From a virus, in the IMG/VR virus record IMGVR_UViG_3300030116_004255, positions 17,956 to 81,955 of that record: a DNA stretch of 64,000 nucleotides. One strand, given 5' to 3'. A program made the position numbers and the translations under genes. The notes below the pieces were generated by a model. That model was not told the DNA's origin, did not search any database, and saw only the letters and a list, made by a program, of their open reading frames with translations. Shown here piece by piece: positions 59,405 to 64,000 of the stretch. The first letter of the stretch is position 1, and each line of letters begins with the position of its first letter.

Positions 59405-59895
59405 CAGCAAGCGAGTGGGCTAACTGTGTAAATGTAATGAGGTTAAAGTGGACTAATTTTCACTGGGACGAGGAAACGATCAAATCTGTTTATAACGATC
59501 TTAAAGGAATCCATATTAAGTATGTAGAAAAGGCTATTGAACAATTTTTTAAAAAGGGGACAGAGTTTCCACCTAACCCTAGCCAGATCTATTCTACTGC
59601 TACGGAGATCATGAGATATGATATGACAAACACTGATCAACCTCAGATAGAATACAAAGGTATATCTTTAAGAGAGTTTTTAAAATTAAAAGGTTGGGAA
59701 TCTGTCGCAGAGGGTATGTATCATTTTGGTAGAGCAAGACAGCTTAAAGGTATTAAAGAAGTTTACGAAACATTTGACTACTCAAAAGAGTGGAATGATG
59801 GTGGTAAAGAGGCTTATATTGAGCATACTGGTATGGGAAGCAGTGGCTTGATTAAGACATTAGAACAATTAGATAGAGAAAGTGAGGACGAATAA
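59401..59895 (+). CDS. Helicase loader/inhibitor-like protein
   Basis: Follows initiator; FPP.PSQI motif. Confidence 0.55.
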   Translation: MTASEWANCVNVMRLKWTNFHWDEETIKSVYNDLKGIHIKYVEKAIEQFFKKGTEFPPNPSQIYSTATEIMRYDMTNTDQPQIEYKGISLREFLKLKGWESVAEGMYHFGRARQLKGIKEVYETFDYSKEWNDGGKEAYIEHTGMGSSGLIKTLEQLDRESEDE

Positions 59896-60320
59896 TGGCG
59901 TTTCCAAACGAAATTACCTTTTCAGGAACTCTATGCAACATAGAGTATAAACAATCTAACAACGGCAACTTTTTTACAAAAGGTGCTTTAAAGATCTATC
60001 AAGGTCAAGAAAAAGATGACGCTTGGTATGATGTGGTCGTATTTAACAATGAAAGACAGAATCTAGCTGACAATGTTGCAGATTGTTTTTCCCCACAGGT
60101 TAAGAGCTTACCAGTAATCATAAAAGGTAAGTTAGATCAAAGTGAGTGGACAAAGCAAGATGGATCTAAAGGTAGAAATTATACGATCATAGCAAGTGAA
60201 GTTGCTGTATCTACTGTATTTGGTGCAGTAGGGATCATAAAGTCTGGCGAACCACAGGCAGTTCCAGAGCCACAAGCCAGACCAGTAGAGGAGATCGCAG
60301 AGGGAGAAGCTCCTTTTTAA
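59895..60320 (+). CDS. ssb: Single-stranded DNA-binding protein
   Basis: OB-fold pattern, LADNV, G.L....W...DG, C-terminal EAPF. Confidence 0.85.
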   Translation: MAFPNEITFSGTLCNIEYKQSNNGNFFTKGALKIYQGQEKDDAWYDVVVFNNERQNLADNVADCFSPQVKSLPVIIKGKLDQSEWTKQDGSKGRNYTIIASEVAVSTVFGAVGIIKSGEPQAVPEPQARPVEEIAEGEAPF

Positions 60321-60962
60321 ATGAAAATAGAGTATTTAAAACTACACGAAATATTACCTGCTGACATAAACCCAAAGGATCACGACATTGGCGATATTTA
60401 TATGTCAATGAAAAGATTTGGGTTTACTGAACCACCAGTAAAAAACGAAAAGACTGGAAAATTAGTTGCTGGTCACGGTAGGTTGGAAACATTAAAAATA
60501 TTAGAGGCAGAGGACATAACTACGCCACCACATAACATTAAGTTAGACAGTGACGGTAATTGGTTAGTTCCTGTCATTGCAGGAATAGAATTTGAAACTG
60601 ACGCTGAAGCAGAGGCTTACTTAGTAGCCTCGAATCAACTAACTATCAAAGGTGGTTGGAAAACTAGCGAATTAACAGATCTATTAGAAAGAGTTGTAGT
60701 TGATACAGAGGATCTATCTGGAACTGGCTTTGATCTTGACGATATTGACAATTTGATAAACACAATGGAATCAAAAGTCTTTGAGGACGAGGACATTGCA
60801 GAAGTAGAGGACGAAACAACAGTTAGATTTAAATTAGGTCGTTATAAGTTCGGTATTGATGCTGATCACTTCTACGACTGGGAAGAAAAAAGAAATAAAG
60901 ATCTAGGATCAAACAGTCCACAGGACTTGATCGCTTGGATAAAAGAAAGACTAGAACTTTAA
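60321..60962 (+). CDS. ParB/Srx N-terminal domain protein
   Basis: NPKDHD, FGF..P, VAGHGRL, YLVASN. Confidence 0.8.
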   Translation: MKIEYLKLHEILPADINPKDHDIGDIYMSMKRFGFTEPPVKNEKTGKLVAGHGRLETLKILEAEDITTPPHNIKLDSDGNWLVPVIAGIEFETDAEAEAYLVASNQLTIKGGWKTSELTDLLERVVVDTEDLSGTGFDLDDIDNLINTMESKVFEDEDIAEVEDETTVRFKLGRYKFGIDADHFYDWEEKRNKDLGSNSPQDLIAWIKERLEL

Positions 60963-61042
60963 GGGGCAGTGTTGGTAAAGTCGTGTTTAGGTATCCAGTT
61001 CCTAGACACGAAACAGGGGTTCGAATCCCCTCTGCTCCACTA
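60963..61042 (+). ncRNA. tRNA-like RNA resembling an isolated tmRNA tRNA-like domain (Ala identity)
   Basis: GGGGCAG/CTGCTCC-A acceptor with G3-U70; AGGGG-TTCGAAT-CCCCT T-arm; no D-stem; 11-bp helix. Confidence 0.8.
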
Positions 61043-61278
61043 GGGTAAGACAATTATTATTTAAATAATGATGTTGTATGGGGATACAATTTAAGTATAA
61101 GCAATCTTACCCTAAGTTTTTACAGAGTAAATAGATCAAGTAAAGGGCTTGATCGTAAGCAAGCTAGCTTATATAAATATCTACCTCTGTAAAAGGTTGG
61201 GAGATGTCCACAATTATGACACAACTAGTTGTAAATTTAAGAGGATACTGGGGAATAAGATATTCCCCACCAACCAAT
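61041..61278 (+). ncRNA. Candidate structured RNA
   Basis: Several long stems: TAGGGTAAGA/TCTTACCCTA, TTTTACAGAG/CTCTGTAAAA, GGGGAATA/TATTCCCC. Confidence 0.4.
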
Positions 61279-61286
61279 TTTTTATT

Positions 61287-62024
61287 ATGATCTTTAACAA
61301 AAATTGTTTTGATGTTTTAGGAAAGATTCCAGACGAAAGTATCCAACTGATCTATTCAGATCTACCTTACAATGAAACTGGTAATAAGTGGGACAAGAGT
61401 GTTATTGATCTTGATCAACTCTTTGATCAATACCTTAGAATCTTAAAACCAGACGGAACTATCGCTTTGAACTCAACAATGAGGTTCGCAAACAAATTGA
61501 TCAATACTGCACCAGACTTTTATAAATACGAGTGGGTTTGGGAAAAAGACAATGGAACAAATTTTATTAGCAGTAAGTATCAACCTTTAAGAGTTCACGA
61601 GTTCGTGTTGATCTTTACAAAAGCAAGAGTGACTTATGGTAAGACTTTAGGCGTTAAATACAATCCACAAATGACAGTTGGTAAACCCTACAAACAGATC
61701 TCTGGTAAAAGTAGTGAGAACTGGAAAGGAAAGCCACTAAAAAATGTTGAAACAGATAATAAAGGAACTAGACACCCAAGAACAGTAAAGTTTTTCAAGA
61801 GAGATACGCCAAAGATCCACCCAACACAAAAACCTTTGAAACTTGCAGAGCTGATAGTCAACAGCTACACTGATAAAGGCGACATAGTGTTGGACAGTTT
61901 TATGGGATCTGGAACAACAGGTGTTGCTTGCAAACTTAATAAAAGAAAGTTTGTCGGTATTGAACTAAATGTGGATTATTTTAAAAAGGCGAAAGAGAGG
62001 CTAAATGATATACCTAAGAAATGA
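61287..62024 (+). CDS. N6/N4 DNA methyltransferase
   Basis: DLPY, HPTQKP, DSFMGSGTTG; likely start MIFNKNC. Confidence 0.93.
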   Translation: MIFNKNCFDVLGKIPDESIQLIYSDLPYNETGNKWDKSVIDLDQLFDQYLRILKPDGTIALNSTMRFANKLINTAPDFYKYEWVWEKDNGTNFISSKYQPLRVHEFVLIFTKARVTYGKTLGVKYNPQMTVGKPYKQISGKSSENWKGKPLKNVETDNKGTRHPRTVKFFKRDTPKIHPTQKPLKLAELIVNSYTDKGDIVLDSFMGSGTTGVACKLNKRKFVGIELNVDYFKKAKERLNDIPKK

Positions 62025-62772
62025 CGATTGCTTTACAGCTTTAAAAGAATTAAATGACGATCTTGTTGATATGGTTTTTGTAGATCTACCTTATGGGACA
62101 ACAGCTTGTAAGTGGGACACAGTAATTGATCTTGAAAAAATGTGGAGTGAGTTAGACAGAATCACGAAAGACAACGCACCTATGTTGTTTACTGCTAGCC
62201 AACCATTTACAAGTCGCTTAGTAAGTTCAAACTTTGACTGGTTTAGGTATGAGTGGATCTATCAAAAGATAGCTGGTAGCAACTTCGCACAGGCTAAGTA
62301 TCAACCAATGAAAGAACACGAAAGTGTTTTGATCTTTAGTAAAAAACCAAGACCAATATACTTTCCGATCAAAGAGGAAAGACGAGGAACTGGTAGTGAC
62401 AGAGCGAAATATAAATATACTGACAAATCCAGAAAACAAGTCGGACAATTTATGGGACAGAGTATTAACGAAAGTGAATTTGATTACAGCAACGACAGTG
62501 GTAATGACAAACTAAGATACCCAAGTTCTGTTCAGATCTTTAACAACAGAGCCAAAGGGGATAGAGGATTGCACCCTACTCAAAAGCCAGTTGCTATGGT
62601 TGAGTATTTTATTAAGACTTACACTCGTGAAAATGAAACAGTATTAGACTTTACAATGGGTAGTGGGACAACAGGTGTAGCTTGTAAAAACTTGAACAGA
62701 GGTTTTATAGGAATAGAACAGGACAGGGATATATTTGAAATCGCTTACAACAGAATTTCAACTGATCAATGA
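62005..62772 (+). CDS. N6/N4 DNA methyltransferase
   Basis: DLPY, HPTQKP, DFTMGSGTTG. Confidence 0.93.
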   Translation: MIYLRNDDCFTALKELNDDLVDMVFVDLPYGTTACKWDTVIDLEKMWSELDRITKDNAPMLFTASQPFTSRLVSSNFDWFRYEWIYQKIAGSNFAQAKYQPMKEHESVLIFSKKPRPIYFPIKEERRGTGSDRAKYKYTDKSRKQVGQFMGQSINESEFDYSNDSGNDKLRYPSSVQIFNNRAKGDRGLHPTQKPVAMVEYFIKTYTRENETVLDFTMGSGTTGVACKNLNRGFIGIEQDRDIFEIAYNRISTDQ

Positions 62773-63652
62773 GGACATAAACTCTGGTTTAAGTCTTTTA
62801 TCTGACAAATCAGTTTCAATGACGATACTTGATCCACCCTATTATCGTAAAGTTGATCAAGACTGGGACAAGCAGTGGTTTACTTTTGATCAATATTTAG
62901 AGTGGTGTGAAGTCTGGATCAAAGAAGTTAGTAGAGTTTCAATGGATTCTGGGACAGCTTGGTTGTTTGGTTATCCTTATGAATTGTCAAAACTTTTACC
63001 GTTGTTTGAAAAATACGGTTTTAAATTAAAGCAACAGATTGTCATAGACAAAGGTTTAAAAAGTATTGCTGGTAGATCTAGTGATCAACTTAAACAATTT
63101 CCTACTGCAACCGAGTATTTATACTTCTTTTACAAAGATTCAAGAGAAATGATCAGACAACTACTTCAAAGCGAAAGGAAAAGACTTGATCTAACTGGTA
63201 ATCAAGTTAACCAACACTTAGGTAAAGCTGTGACTGGTGGTGGAACATTTAGCACGATAGCGTCTTTGAAAAAACCTTTAGAGTATATTGTTTACCCAAC
63301 TGAAAAGGATTGGATCAAGCTCCAAGAAATCTTTGATCTACCAGAATACGACACAGTTGTGTTTCGTTTTAATAGTTCTTTTGGTATCACAGATGTTTGG
63401 AACGACATAGACTTTTATATAAACAAAAAGGATAAGATCCACCCAACACAAAAGCCAGTAGATCTAATTAATAGAATCATTGATACTGGAGTTCCTAACA
63501 AACATATACTTGATTGCTTTATGGGAAGTGGGACAACTGCAATTTGTAGCAACGGTAAGTCTGATCGCTTTACTGGTATAGAAATTGACCAAGATATGTT
63601 TGATCAAGCATTTGATAGAATCCACCTGCATATCCCCCATTTGCGATCTTAA
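62735..63652 (+). CDS. N6 DNA methyltransferase with HTH-like insert
   Basis: DPPY, HPTQKP, DCFMGSGTT. Confidence 0.92.
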   Translation: MKSLTTEFQLINEDINSGLSLLSDKSVSMTILDPPYYRKVDQDWDKQWFTFDQYLEWCEVWIKEVSRVSMDSGTAWLFGYPYELSKLLPLFEKYGFKLKQQIVIDKGLKSIAGRSSDQLKQFPTATEYLYFFYKDSREMIRQLLQSERKRLDLTGNQVNQHLGKAVTGGGTFSTIASLKKPLEYIVYPTEKDWIKLQEIFDLPEYDTVVFRFNSSFGITDVWNDIDFYINKKDKIHPTQKPVDLINRIIDTGVPNKHILDCFMGSGTTAICSNGKSDRFTGIEIDQDMFDQAFDRIHLHIPHLRS

Positions 63653-63693
63653 CTTCTTTCTGCTAAACTTATAAAAGAGAGAAAGGAGTTGAC

Positions 63694-63924
63694 TTGGCGA
63701 AACCTCGTTTAGTGCAATTCACTTGTGCTGGATCTCGTTGGGACGAAAATGACTGTGGCGAAAAAGCAGTTTTCAATATGAACGATCCCCAAGATCTAAA
63801 AAAGTTAGACAATGGGTATGGACGAAACTTTTATACTTGTGAATCTTGCAAAGAGATAATTGATCTAAAGGTTAAGCAAATGGAGTTAAAAGCACAGAAG
63901 TTGTTTTTAGAAATATTTGGCTAA
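63694..63924 (+). CDS. Small zinc-binding protein with own promoter
   Basis: TTGCGA-N17-TAAACT at 63641-63669; GAAAGGAG RBS; Cys pairs. Confidence 0.65.
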   Translation: MAKPRLVQFTCAGSRWDENDCGEKAVFNMNDPQDLKKLDNGYGRNFYTCESCKEIIDLKVKQMELKAQKLFLEIFG

Positions 63925-64000
63925 TCTTACAGTCAACTGAAAAAAGATAGATCCCACCTTAGCAGTGGGATCTTTCTATTGGATTAGCAAATTACCTTTT
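63922..64000. repeat. Right arm of inverted repeat (truncated by window edge)
   Basis: Exact reverse complement of 49336-49414. Confidence 0.95.

Noticed and set aside
60963-61278. Full-length or permuted two-piece tmRNA
   Set aside because: Acceptor halves are in normal order only about 70 nt apart and no tag reading frame was found.
61149-61286. TTG-started extension of the MTase
   Set aside because: Paralogs begin near the equivalent of MIFNKNC; the region looks like structured RNA.
1-64000. Alternative genetic code or integrated prophage
   Set aside because: Standard-code ORFs tile densely; no integrase, att site or host genes seen.

Overview
The window is part of a low-GC (roughly one third G+C by eye) siphovirus-like phage genome. 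A WhiB gene, actinobacterial-type SSB and SLT genes and apparently leaderless genes point to a low-GC actinobacterial host; marine Ca. Actinomarina-like is my inference. Positions 1-38.8 kb are mostly minus strand. They hold terS, a cluster of five DNA methyltransferases plus MetK, thioredoxin, terL, portal, protease, HK97-fold capsid, head-tail genes, WhiB, tail tube, tail chaperones with a -1 frameshift, tape measure, tail hub and a >1900-aa fibre gene missed by the ORF track. Positions 39.4-48.9 kb hold about eight self-contained promoter-RBS-ORF-terminator cassettes separated by about 17 copies of a bipartite motif, CATTA-N6-ATTYTCAATCYC, and end in a dense GATC array. Positions 49.3-64 kb hold recombination and replication genes, three more methyltransferases and a tmRNA/tRNA-Ala-like mini RNA, all bracketed by a perfect inverted repeat of at least 79 bp. 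The most novel-looking signals are the cassette array, several candidate anti-Shine-Dalgarno small RNAs complementary to phage RBSs, 5'-3' end pairing of cassette mRNAs, and the mini tRNA-like RNA. No integrase or DNA polymerase is visible. All motif counts come from manual reading.
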